Notes under the pieces: model-generated
The model's input: the letters and a program-made list of their open reading frames with translations, nothing else
What the model was told of the DNA's origin: nothing
The model's database searches: none
In this document: piece by piece, positions 1 through 10,094 of the stretch
Layout of the letters: every line of letters starts with the position of its first letter
How positions within the stretch are numbered: position 1 is the stretch's first letter
Program-made: the position numbers and the translations under genes
Source: Hamiltosporidium tvaerminnensis FI-OER-3-3
Taxonomy: Eukaryota > Fungi > Microsporidia
Assembly (NCBI GenBank): GCA_022605425.2
Contig: JAKIMF020000013.1
Coordinates: 248,001 to 312,000 of the forward strand
Length of the DNA stretch: 64,000 nt
Reading direction: 5' to 3'

Positions 1-786
1 TCCATCTTTTAATATCTTATCAAAAAAATCTACATATGCGTTAGAATCTTTATACATATCTTGTTCTGTTTCTTTTTCTTGTCCGGATTTACTGTCATAT
101 TTCATATCAGAATAGAGTTGGTCTCCACTGGATGTTTTTTCATCAATATGCGGATAAGATTCTTTAGGATCTTTGTATTTCGGATAGTAAAGATTATATT
201 TAAATGAAATCTTATCTGAGGCCTGTCGTATAAGCTTTTCTACGGTTGTAACCATATCAGAATCTGGTTCATATTTATATGAAACGTTATTCATTGTGAA
301 ATAAACCCTTGATTTTTCCTTTAGCAATATACATCTTTCTAAATCCTTTTTATTATCAAAATGACAAGTTATATATAAAAGCCCTTTAAAATCTTTACCA
401 GGAAGGTTCTTATTATTTGCATCTTCGATACAACACATTTTACACTCAAAGGTAGTAAATTTTTTACCCATTTCTTGATCTGTATCGGATGATAATACAT
501 TTATTGAACCATTTCCTTGACATAAATTGCACAAAAAATCTTCAAGTGCACCATAGTTGGTATTTTCACCATATTGTCCGTAATAACCCTCAGGATACTT
601 ATCTACAGTATTTGTAGCATCTTTAATGTATTTAAGCGGATCTTTGTAATCACTTTCTTTGTAATCACTTTCTTTGTAATCACCTTCTTTATAATCACCT
701 TTCTTACTGTCCGTTTCTTTATAATCACCTTTCTTATAATCAGTTTCTTTCTGAGAAGATTTTTCAGTAGAATTTTCTTTTTTCAT
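1..786 (-). CDS. Hypothetical protein, N-terminal part (runs off window edge), with 5-aa (G/S)DYKE repeats
   Basis: Manual translation: ATG at 786-784 opens 262 stop-free codons to position 1 (MKKENSTEKSSQKETDYKKGDYKETDSKKGDYKEGDYKESDYKESDYKDPLKY...). Absent from the ORF track because it has no stop in the window. Confidence 0.75.
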   Translation of the reverse strand, partial: MKKENSTEKSSQKETDYKKGDYKETDSKKGDYKEGDYKESDYKESDYKDPLKYIKDATNTVDKYPEGYYGQYGENTNYGALEDFLCNLCQGNGSINVLSSDTDQEMGKKFTTFECKMCCIEDANNKNLPGKDFKGLLYITCHFDNKKDLERCILLKEKSRVYFTMNNVSYKYEPDSDMVTTVEKLIRQASDKISFKYNLYYPKYKDPKESYPHIDEKTSSGDQLYSDMKYDSKSGQEKETEQDMYKDSNAYVDFFDKILKDG

Positions 787-1190
787 ATATTCTTAAACCA
801 AGATATTTCCTCGTATATATAGTTTTACTATATTTTTTTGATTTGTTTTCGTAGAAAATCGAGATAAGGAAAACAATGTAAACTACCAATTGAATTTTAA
901 CTTATAATTACTCATATATAGTAAAATTTATAAATAAGATAAAAACATAACATATCAAATCTTTATTGTACAATTCATAATACTATGTGATGCTATAGGA
1001 ATAAAAATTAACTGAATAATGTTTTCTTATCTATACTCTATGATTAGATACCAAGTGAATAAATATAAAAAAAAAACTTTAAAAATTTCTACTACTAGTT
1101 TAAAATATACCTTGATAAAACTTTCTAGGTTTTTCAGTATATAAAAACATCTTTCATATATACAATCAGATTCTATTTGATTATAATCCT

Positions 1191-1565
1191 TTAGAAGATG
1201 TATTGGAATATAACATATGCTTTTTTTGTCTTTAAAATTTCTTCCTTTTTTGATTGACCTGTTTTTGATATTTAATTTTTCCTCTATATTTTAAATTGAT
1301 ATAACGTTTCCAATTTATTCTTCGAGAGAGGTACATTAATCCTAAACTTTGTTTGCCATACACCCTTTTCGTCATTAATTTGTAGGAATTAATTAAAGTC
1401 TGTATTTTTCATGTATCTGATATTTAGATATTTGATTATTTTTGGTTCATTTTTAGAAAAATTTATAGACTTTGAGCTACCCGACATCTTAATGGCTAAA
1501 TGTTTAAGGAACTATAAAATGAAGAAAACAAAACAATCAAGTTTAATATAACGAAATGATATCAT
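1191..1565 (-). pseudogene. Probable pseudogene of a small secreted protein
   Basis: 125 codons in one frame (MISFRYIKLDCFVFFIL*FLKHLAIKMSGSSKSINFSKNEPK...) with a hydrophobic N-terminus and four internal stops. Confidence 0.35.
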
Positions 1566-2463
1566 AAACGAGCTCATAAGAGTTAGAGTAAATTTGAAGA
1601 ATATCATCTAATATTTTAAAAATCTTAGATTATAATATTAAATCTATAAAAACTTAAAAGCCTTCTAGCATAGCCGAATTTTTTATTTTCTATAATTTTT
1701 ATGGTATAATGATAGTTTTAAAAATTTCACACCGATTTACATAAGAAATTTATTTGTAGTGCTTTCGTATCCCAAATAAATATTCTTAATAATTATTTAT
1801 AGTGCTGTATTATGCAATCAAATTATTTTTACAATCGATCTCTTTCCTATATAACAACTATTTTTTATGCTATAATAGGTTTTTTCAATGTATGCTAAAA
1901 AATATTCAATTGAACATTGTCGAATCAAACTGAAATCTTGAGTTTTTTGTAATAAAACCATTATTTAATATTTACCTCAGATATTTCAAGCTTATAGATA
2001 AATGGTCAGATCCCCTCAATTTTCAACCTATATATCTTACATATATGATAAAGACAATTAATCTAGAATCCGTATATAAAATAATAGACATAAAACATGA
2101 TAACACTCTTATGTACGCTGTTCTTGTTTAATAAAAAGAAAAATAATCAATTTAACATAAGACTTGGCCTCCCCTAGTCAAAAATAATGCCGAGAAAAGC
2201 ACAAGAAAAAAATACTAGATTCTCTAAAAATTAGAGTATGGAAGTTATAAGGACTGGCAAAACCAACAATATGTTCTGGTTTCGAATGTAACCTTTCTTA
2301 GAAGCAACAGCCGAATGAATTGATATAGTGATATAAAAAAAGAATTGTTTCGAATAATCGACTAAATACTGTAAATTCCCATTTAAATATAAATTTGGAT
2401 TTCAAAATATATAAGCAAATACGAAATAATTGATAAAGCCGGTAAATATTATATTAGAGCCTC

Positions 2464-3187
2464 TTTATTTAAATGAATCATTTTTTTAAAAAAAGGTGTC
2501 ATTTGTTAGATTTCTATTTTCATAAAATTGGCTCAGTTCTACGTTTTACATAAAGAACTGATCTAAAAATACACCATCGGTAGCTCTACAATACATACCG
2601 AGATTTATTATCTAAAAGCTTGCAGTCTCAATTACAGAATGAATCATTTTCCAATAGTTCGTTACACACCATTGCCTAGAGTGTAATATTAGCTTTAAAT
2701 ACGTCTTAGACTTTCTTTCTCATAATAAAACAGCATTCCCATTACTCTAGATATTCCAAACAGTAAAAACTTCTAGCCAAGTTCCAACCAAGCAACCTAA
2801 AAATAGTCCACCTATACGTTGCAATGTCATACCAACAAGTATAATCTGCTACTTATCTTTTCCAGTTTTCTAAAATGTACGTTTTTAGTACCATTCAGAC
2901 GCTAAGTCTTTAAACTCATATGAGAATAATTAGGTTTCCATGCTTTTACATGACAATTACTTACAAGTTCATCAATTTTACAATCTAGTTACATAAAAAA
3001 CTACAAACAAACTCATAGACAATCTTTTCCATTTCTTCCCATTTTTTCTCCCCACACAAATTACCATATAAAACCAAACATATAATATTTTTATCATCTC
3101 ACCAAATACCCAAACAATGAATTCACTCTAATATATTAATCTGACTACTAAGCAAATAGTTTTTTTACTTAATAATCCTCAATCCAC
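2464..3187 (-). mobile_element. ~725-bp dispersed structured element, old diverged full-length copy
   Basis: Collinear with 11955-12680, e.g. cagcattccc, aaacttctagc, tgcaatgtcataccaaca, gctaagtctt, taggtttccatgcttttacatg, gttacataaaaaactacaaa; same ends (tttatttaaa...ccac). Confidence 0.8.
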
Positions 3188-3251
3188 TGTATAAGGGTAA
3201 AATATTTTTTTTTATATTTTAAAATAATAAAAACCCTATTTTTCACATTTC

Positions 3252-3427
3252 AAATACAATTTAAAAATATAGAAATATCAATAAAATAACTTACTAATAG
3301 ATATAATAAATCTTTTAATTAAATACAATTTAAATATATAGAAATATCAATAAAATAACTTACTAATAGATATAATAAATCTTTTAATTAAATAAATTAA
3401 AAATCTATAGAAATATCAAAAAAATAA
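3252..3427. repeat. Tandem duplication, ~69-bp unit x2.5, 3' of Sec7 gene
   Basis: aaatacaatttaaa...tcttttaatt at 3252 and 3321, partial third copy at 3391. Confidence 0.9.
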
Positions 3428-3491
3428 ATAATTATTATTTAAATCCTTCATTTATTTTTCCTATCTGTTACTCTTTAAAATAAAATAATAT

Positions 3492-6400
3492 TTATAAATT
3501 GTAAACCTCATTATCAACACTGTTATTATCATTGTCATCACCTTTAACATCTTTTACTTTGTTATCCTTTACTATATCCTTTACTATATCATTATCCTTT
3601 AGTATATCATTATCCTGTACTATACTATTATCTTTTATTATACTATTATCCTCTACTATACTATCCTTACTCTCACTATCCTTCTTCTTACCATCCACCT
3701 TCTCTTTACCCTCACCTTCTCTTTCCTTACCAATAAATGTAAAACACTCCTTTCCTACCACACCATTACTAACATACACATCAACAACTTCATACACCTC
3801 TTCATACACATCCTTATGCTCTTTATTACACCACTCAACACATACTATCTCTCCATCCATTACCTTACAAACTCTACTACTAAATATCTTACAAATACTC
3901 ATTAAACTATTAGAATTCATATTTTTAAAATATTCTAAATTATTTTTAAATACTCTTAAAAATAAAGGTAAACTACTACTTATTAAATTTACTATCCATA
4001 ACACATATCTACTTAGTTTGGTATTATTTATAGTATCTACCTTATAAAGCATATAACATATTCTTTCTTCTAAGTCAGTAAATAACAGGTCATCAATAGG
4101 ACATAAAGAAGGGGTAATATTTAAAGGGGTGTTATTAACAGTAGTATTATTTAAAGGGGTGTTATTAACAGTACTGTCATTTAAAGGGGTGTTAGTAACA
4201 TTCCTAGTATCATAAGAGGTGTTATTTATAGTACTTGGTTCTATAGTACCACAAAAGGTGTTATTAAAGCTACCTAAATCCTTACTACTTACTGAGGTAG
4301 TGTTATCAATATTACTACTTACTGAGGTAGTACTGTTAATATTACTTAAATCTTTACTACTCTTAGACGTGTTAACACTATCACCTCTTCTCATAAAGTA
4401 CCTTTCTACTACCTTATTGTTCATAACACTGTTACACTTCATAAAAAATAAAAATACATTTCTTATATCTTTAAGACACACATCAAATCTCTCTATAAAA
4501 TACCTTTTATTTTTATAACCCATTATATATGTATAGTTATAATAACACCCCTTTATTACTACATATTTAAACATGTCATATTTGTATTGTAAATTTAAAA
4601 CAAAATTAAAGCAGAGATGTAGATCTGTATTGTTAAAGGGGTGTTGTATATCAGTGTTGTTATTAACAGGGTGTTGTGTATTAGTGTTGTTATTAACGGG
4701 GTGTTGTGTATTAGTACATATATTAACACCCTTTATATTACTACCCCGATCACTAACACCCTGTTGTTCATCAGTAGTATCATTAACACCCTTTATATCA
4801 CTACCCTTATGATTAACACCCTCTTCTTTACCCTTATCATTGACACCCTGTTGTTCATCAGTAGTATCACCAACACCCTTTATATTACTACCCCGATCAC
4901 TAACACCCTCTAACATACTCTTATCTCTAACACCCTCTATATTACTACTCTTATGATTAACACCCTCTAACATACTCTTAGCACTAACACCCTCTACTAC
5001 CCTATCACCCTCTAACATACACTCTTCCACACTACAATATTTAAATATATACCTCTCTATAACATCTATAACACTACTATCAATACATTCTGAATCCTCT
5101 TTAACACACTTATCTAAAACACTAATAACACTAAGTCTCCATTCCTTTATAAATGTACAAAGTACACCTGTTAATCTTAATTCTACTACTTTTTCTATTA
5201 AATAAGACATGTAATTTATATTACCTTTAAATATAATACATACTTCATTTAACACCCCTTTAATTCTAAAACAGTTTCTATCAATAATAAGAAATAAAAA
5301 CCAAAGATAAAAGGTGTTATTTGATAGAAGGATAGAAGGGGTGTTATTTGTATGTTGTGTTGTTAAAGGGGTGTTATTTGCAGTGTTGTTGTTTAAAGGG
5401 TTATAATTATTAGTACTAGTATTAACAGGAGGTAAAGCATTAGTACTAGTATTTAAAGGGTTATAATCATTAGTTACAATATTTAAAGGGTTATAATCAT
5501 TAGTACCAGTATTAAAAGGGTTATAATTATTAGTACTAGTATTAACAGGGTTATAATTATTAGTACCAGCATTAACAGGGTGTAAAGTATTAGTACTATC
5601 ACCCTTATCACTACTATCATTATAAACAATATACTTTATAAGAAGTATATAATACTTATCAGGTAATGAAGATGTTATTCTTATATATTTATTATATACA
5701 TTCTCATATTTAGAAATAAAATGTTCTTTCTTCTTACACTTAGTATAAAGAGTATATAATATATTTAAAGGTAAAGATAGTAAAGTAAGAAGTTGGGAGT
5801 GATTAGTAGTGGTGATATTGGTAGTAGTGTTATTAAAGGGGTGTTGTTCATTAGTAGTGTTATTAAAGGGGTGTTGTTCATCTGTATTATTACTAACACC
5901 CTGTTGTTTATTACTAGTTATGTTAACACCCTGTTGTTTACTATCCATATCACCAACACCCTCTAATACATTATCCATATCACCAACACCCTTTATATTA
6001 CTATCCATATTACTAACACCCTCTAATACATTATCCATATCACCAACACCCTTTATATTACTATCCATATTACTAACACCCTTTATATTACTACCCCTAT
6101 CTCTAACACCCTGTTGTTCATCAGATAGATTGTTAACACCCTTTATATTACTACCCCTATCACTAACACCCTGTTGTTCATCAGATAGATTGCTAAAACC
6201 ACCTACCCCTACACCAATACTATCCCCATACCACTTATCTATATCCTGTACAATCTCTATAAAAATATCAATTATCTCTTCAATCTTAACATCTAAATAT
6301 TTACTAATATATTCTAAATAATATATTAAAGGTTCTATTAAATGTAAATATTTACATATTTCTATATAATAACAAGATATATGATAAGGTATTATAGGTG

Positions 6401-9400
6401 TTATAGATTTATAAGTGTTATTTATAATATAAGTGTAAGAAGATATTATATAGAAAGGACAAAGTGTATAAGATAAGGATATAGGTGTAGTGTTATTTAC
6501 AGTGTTGTTATTTAAAGGGGTGTTATTTATAGTACTTATACTTATAGGGGTGTTATTTATAGGGGTGTTACTATTAGCACTAATAGCTATATGGGTGTTA
6601 TTTACAGTATTGTTATTTATAGGGGTGTTACCAATATCCTTACCAATATCCTTACTTATACTACATTTAGATAGTAGGGTGTTAATATCACTACCTATAG
6701 TTATAGGAGTGTTATTATTAACACTAGTATTATAAAGAGTATTAATACAAGTAAAAGTATTATTTCTATACTTATCATTACTAGTATTACCACTATCCTT
6801 ATCCTTACAGGTATTATTACTATACTTATCATTACTAGTATTATTACTATAGTTATCCTTACTATCCTTATCCTTACTAGTATTATTACTATACTTTTCT
6901 GTACTATACTTATCCTTACTAGTATTATTACTGTAACACCCCCTATTACCATAACACCCTTTACACACCCTAACACTATCCCTACTACTATAATACCCTG
7001 TTAATTCTTTATATACTTCATAGTTACTAACACCCATACAATTACTATCATTAAAAACCAACCCTTTATCTTTAATACTGTTATATAAAGATAATAAATA
7101 TTCATTATTATAATAGGGTGTTATATTACAATTCCTTATACTTTCTATAAAAGATTCTTTTGATATTTTAATTTTAACATTAATGTTATGTAAGTTAGTG
7201 TTAAGCATTATTATAGCATATGATAGTATATATATATCATGTAGAGTAAAGGGTGTAGTATTGTTATTGTTAGTAGGGGTAGTAGGGTGTAATTTACTAT
7301 CCTTATCGGTAACAGGGTGTTGTTCACTAGTACTGTTACTAAGAGGGTGTTGTTCACTAGTACTGTTACTAAGAGGGTGTTGTTTCACATCCTTGTTACT
7401 AACAGGGTGTAATTTACTATCCTGATCTTTATCACCCTCTAACATATCACTCTTATCACCCTTTAACACATCACTATTATCACCCTCTAATTCCTTATCC
7501 AATCCTATTTCTACCTTGTTATCCTCATAATACTTACTAGAGAATGCTTCTAACACACGTATAACCTTTTGACTTTCACCAGGCATAACAAAAGAAAAAA
7601 GAACTTTTCTTATACAACTAAGTATATCATAACCATGAAATACAAAAGTAGACATAAAAACTTTCAATGCTTCTAAATTACCTTCACCAGATATATAATT
7701 ACCTAAAACTTTTAAATCTGTTATATACGAATACCTTAGAAATAAAAAAGTCTCTTTTTTTATACTTAAATTTGCTTTTTCTAATGAACATGTCTTATTA
7801 AAAATATGTATTTTTAATAAAAAGTTATTCTTGTTATTTGTAAGTAAATGTATATTTGTATAGTGGAGTGAGATATTATTAGTAGTATGATTAACAGGGT
7901 GTTGTTTATTTAGATTGGTGTTAACAGGGTTTAAGGTATTAGTACTATAGTTAACAGGGGGTTGTTCATTAGTACAGTGGTTTAAAGGGTGTTGTTCATT
8001 AGTACAGTGGTTTAAAGGGTGTTGTTCATTAGTACAGTGGTTTAAAGGGTGTTGTTCATCTGTACAGTGGTTAACAGGGTTTTGTTCATTATTAATATCA
8101 ATAACAGGGTGTTGTTTATTATCCTTATAGTTAACAGGGTGTTGTTCCTTATTACTATCAATAACAGGGTGTAAAGTATTATTACTATCAATAACAGGGT
8201 GTTGTTCCTTATCCTTATAGTTAACAGGGTGTTGTTCCTTATCCTTATAGTTAACAGGGTGTTGTTTATTATCCTTATAGTTAACACCCCCAATCATATT
8301 ATTATTACCCTCCACCATACTACTATCATTAACACCCCCTACATACATACTACTATCATTAACACCCCCTACATACATATAACCACCACTACACCTTCTA
8401 TACCCCTCCTTAATATCATTTATTACTCTAACAAATGTATCAATAGTATTATTACTTATATCATTAATAAATACATCAAAACATATATTTTTAAATAAAT
8501 AATTTAAATCAAAATATAATAAAATAAAAGGATATAAATTAACAGGTAATAAACAATTACTTATTAATATATTGTTATATAATAAGTAAGTATTTAAAGG
8601 TGTTAAATAAGATAATAAGTAATTAGAAATAGAATCATTGTTATAGAAATAAAGCTTAACACAGTGAATATCAGAAATAGTATTAGTGAGGTTGTTATAT
8701 ATTATTCTGTTATTATCTATATTACCAATATAATTATTATTATATCTATTACTAATATAATTATTATCTATATATCTATTGCTAATATAATAATTATTAT
8801 TATTATCTATATATCTATTACTATGATTATCTATATCTCTATTACTAATATTATCATATCCACTGTATCTATTGTCATATCCACTATATCTATTATCATA
8901 TCCACTATACCCATATACCATACTACTTATTATACTGCTTAGGTATGGATATCCTATATATAAATTATTATCTATAAACATATTAAAATAAAAAGGTATT
9001 ATTTTAATAAATAAATTATTAATTTGTAATAAAAGTATTTTTTTAACGATTTTTTCTTTTAAAAAAAAATAAAATTTAAAAAAAATATCTTTTTGTAAAG
9101 AAGGTGTTATTTTTGTAGTAAATAATGTATATAAAGTTTTAAAGTATATGTATAGTGTTAATTCTACATCTTTATCAAAACGTGATATTTTAAGAGTAAG
9201 AATAAGAGGGGTAAGAGTAGAAAGGAAAGTATTATTATTTGATTGGTTGTTATTAGGGGTGTGTTGGTATGGGTGGTTGTTATTAGTAATAGTATTGATA
9301 GTAGTATTGATTGTAGTATTATTAGTAACAGTATTGATAGTATAAGGGTTATTAGTATAAGGGTTATTAGTATAAGGGTTACTATAAGGGTCATTAGTAA

Positions 9401-9782
9401 TAGTATTATTAGTATAGTTATTAGTATAGTTATTACTATAAGGGTTGTTAGTATAAGGGTTGATATCTATTCTACTACTATCACCATCCCTACTACCCTC
9501 ACTTTCCATATCCCTACTATTAGCATCAATATTATTATAGTATTTAGTTGTTACTGTTCGTTTTATGTATGGTATTCTGTTTATATATTCATTTAATAAT
9601 GTAAGTATCTGTGTAATATCTTCATTATTATATTTCTTAATACTAATAAGATTTATAAATGTATTGTTAAGTGATGTGTTGGTAGGTGGAAATGTGAGTT
9701 GTTTTATTATTTTATTTATTTCTTTGTTTTGAGAGGTTGATAGTGTTAGAAGGTGGATGTGTGTGTTAATGAGGTGTGGCAT
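3492..9782 (-). CDS. Sec7-domain Arf guanine-nucleotide exchange factor (large ArfGEF) with many in-frame repeat insertions
   Basis: 2096-aa ORF with Sec7 motifs FVMPGESQKVIRVLEAFS (glutamate finger) and YILSYAIIMLNTNLHN; ccc motif 6-8 nt upstream of the ATG. Confidence 0.9.
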   Translation of the reverse strand: MPHLINTHIHLLTLSTSQNKEINKIIKQLTFPPTNTSLNNTFINLISIKKYNNEDITQILTLLNEYINRIPYIKRTVTTKYYNNIDANSRDMESEGSRDGDSSRIDINPYTNNPYSNNYTNNYTNNTITNDPYSNPYTNNPYTNNPYTINTVTNNTTINTTINTITNNNHPYQHTPNNNQSNNNTFLSTLTPLILTLKISRFDKDVELTLYIYFKTLYTLFTTKITPSLQKDIFFKFYFFLKEKIVKKILLLQINNLFIKIIPFYFNMFIDNNLYIGYPYLSSIISSMVYGYSGYDNRYSGYDNRYSGYDNISNRDIDNHSNRYIDNNNNYYISNRYIDNNYISNRYNNNYIGNIDNNRIIYNNLTNTISDIHCVKLYFYNNDSISNYLLSYLTPLNTYLLYNNILISNCLLPVNLYPFILLYFDLNYLFKNICFDVFINDISNNTIDTFVRVINDIKEGYRRCSGGYMYVGGVNDSSMYVGGVNDSSMVEGNNNMIGGVNYKDNKQHPVNYKDKEQHPVNYKDKEQHPVIDSNNTLHPVIDSNKEQHPVNYKDNKQHPVIDINNEQNPVNHCTDEQHPLNHCTNEQHPLNHCTNEQHPLNHCTNEQPPVNYSTNTLNPVNTNLNKQHPVNHTTNNISLHYTNIHLLTNNKNNFLLKIHIFNKTCSLEKANLSIKKETFLFLRYSYITDLKVLGNYISGEGNLEALKVFMSTFVFHGYDILSCIRKVLFSFVMPGESQKVIRVLEAFSSKYYEDNKVEIGLDKELEGDNSDVLKGDKSDMLEGDKDQDSKLHPVSNKDVKQHPLSNSTSEQHPLSNSTSEQHPVTDKDSKLHPTTPTNNNNTTPFTLHDIYILSYAIIMLNTNLHNINVKIKISKESFIESIRNCNITPYYNNEYLLSLYNSIKDKGLVFNDSNCMGVSNYEVYKELTGYYSSRDSVRVCKGCYGNRGCYSNNTSKDKYSTEKYSNNTSKDKDSKDNYSNNTSNDKYSNNTCKDKDSGNTSNDKYRNNTFTCINTLYNTSVNNNTPITIGSDINTLLSKCSISKDIGKDIGNTPINNNTVNNTHIAISANSNTPINNTPISISTINNTPLNNNTVNNTTPISLSYTLCPFYIISSYTYIINNTYKSITPIIPYHISCYYIEICKYLHLIEPLIYYLEYISKYLDVKIEEIIDIFIEIVQDIDKWYGDSIGVGVGGFSNLSDEQQGVSDRGSNIKGVNNLSDEQQGVRDRGSNIKGVSNMDSNIKGVGDMDNVLEGVSNMDSNIKGVGDMDNVLEGVGDMDSKQQGVNITSNKQQGVSNNTDEQHPFNNTTNEQHPFNNTTTNITTTNHSQLLTLLSLPLNILYTLYTKCKKKEHFISKYENVYNKYIRITSSLPDKYYILLIKYIVYNDSSDKGDSTNTLHPVNAGTNNYNPVNTSTNNYNPFNTGTNDYNPLNIVTNDYNPLNTSTNALPPVNTSTNNYNPLNNNTANNTPLTTQHTNNTPSILLSNNTFYLWFLFLIIDRNCFRIKGVLNEVCIIFKGNINYMSYLIEKVVELRLTGVLCTFIKEWRLSVISVLDKCVKEDSECIDSSVIDVIERYIFKYCSVEECMLEGDRVVEGVSAKSMLEGVNHKSSNIEGVRDKSMLEGVSDRGSNIKGVGDTTDEQQGVNDKGKEEGVNHKGSDIKGVNDTTDEQQGVSDRGSNIKGVNICTNTQHPVNNNTNTQHPVNNNTDIQHPFNNTDLHLCFNFVLNLQYKYDMFKYVVIKGCYYNYTYIMGYKNKRYFIERFDVCLKDIRNVFLFFMKCNSVMNNKVVERYFMRRGDSVNTSKSSKDLSNINSTTSVSSNIDNTTSVSSKDLGSFNNTFCGTIEPSTINNTSYDTRNVTNTPLNDSTVNNTPLNNTTVNNTPLNITPSLCPIDDLLFTDLEERICYMLYKVDTINNTKLSRYVLWIVNLISSSLPLFLRVFKNNLEYFKNMNSNSLMSICKIFSSRVCKVMDGEIVCVEWCNKEHKDVYEEVYEVVDVYVSNGVVGKECFTFIGKEREGEGKEKVDGKKKDSESKDSIVEDNSIIKDNSIVQDNDILKDNDIVKDIVKDNKVKDVKGDDNDNNSVDNEVYNL
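4105..9465. repeat. Intragenic minisatellite arrays (mostly 30-bp units; core AACA-GGG-TGTT / AACA-CCC-TGTT) encoding QHPVN, QQGVN, LEGV and NTPL repeats
   Basis: Arrays at ~4105-4330, 4625-5015, 5335-5610, 5810-6210, 6485-6960, 7250-7500, 7885-8380 and 9250-9465; unit lengths are multiples of 3. Confidence 0.9.
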
Positions 9783-10003
9783 TGTATGGGTTATTAAATA
9801 GAAAATAGAAATAAATAGAAAAATATTATAGTATTAGTAGGGGTTAGAAGGTAGATGTGTGTGTTAATGAGGTGTATCATACAATGGGTTATTAAATTGA
9901 AAATAGAAATATTATAATAGGGGTTAGAAGGTAGATGTGTGTGTTAATGAGGTGTGGCATTGTATGGGTTATTAAATAGAAAATAGAAATTAGAAATATT
10001 ATA
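9745..10003. repeat. Triplication of the Sec7 gene start region (80-98-bp units)
   Basis: gttagaaggt(g/a)gatgtgtgtgttaatgaggtgt at 9745, 9843 and 9923. Confidence 0.9.
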
Positions 10004-10094
10004 GTAGTGGTGTAGTATTAGTATATATAGTAGTGGTGTAGTGGTATTATATTATTAGTGTTACTATGCAGTAATAGTTATTTAGTAATTTAGT

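Noticed and set aside
7885-8380. Regularly spaced 30-bp repeats as a CRISPR array or telomere fusion
   Set aside because: No unique spacers or cas genes, and it is eukaryotic coding sequence. Flanks stay in direct orientation across the G|C switch, unlike a head-to-head telomere fusion.
3532-9596. Many 65-171-aa plus-strand and alternate-frame ORFs within the Sec7 gene
   Set aside because: Shadows of the stop-poor, skewed repeats in the real minus-strand CDS.
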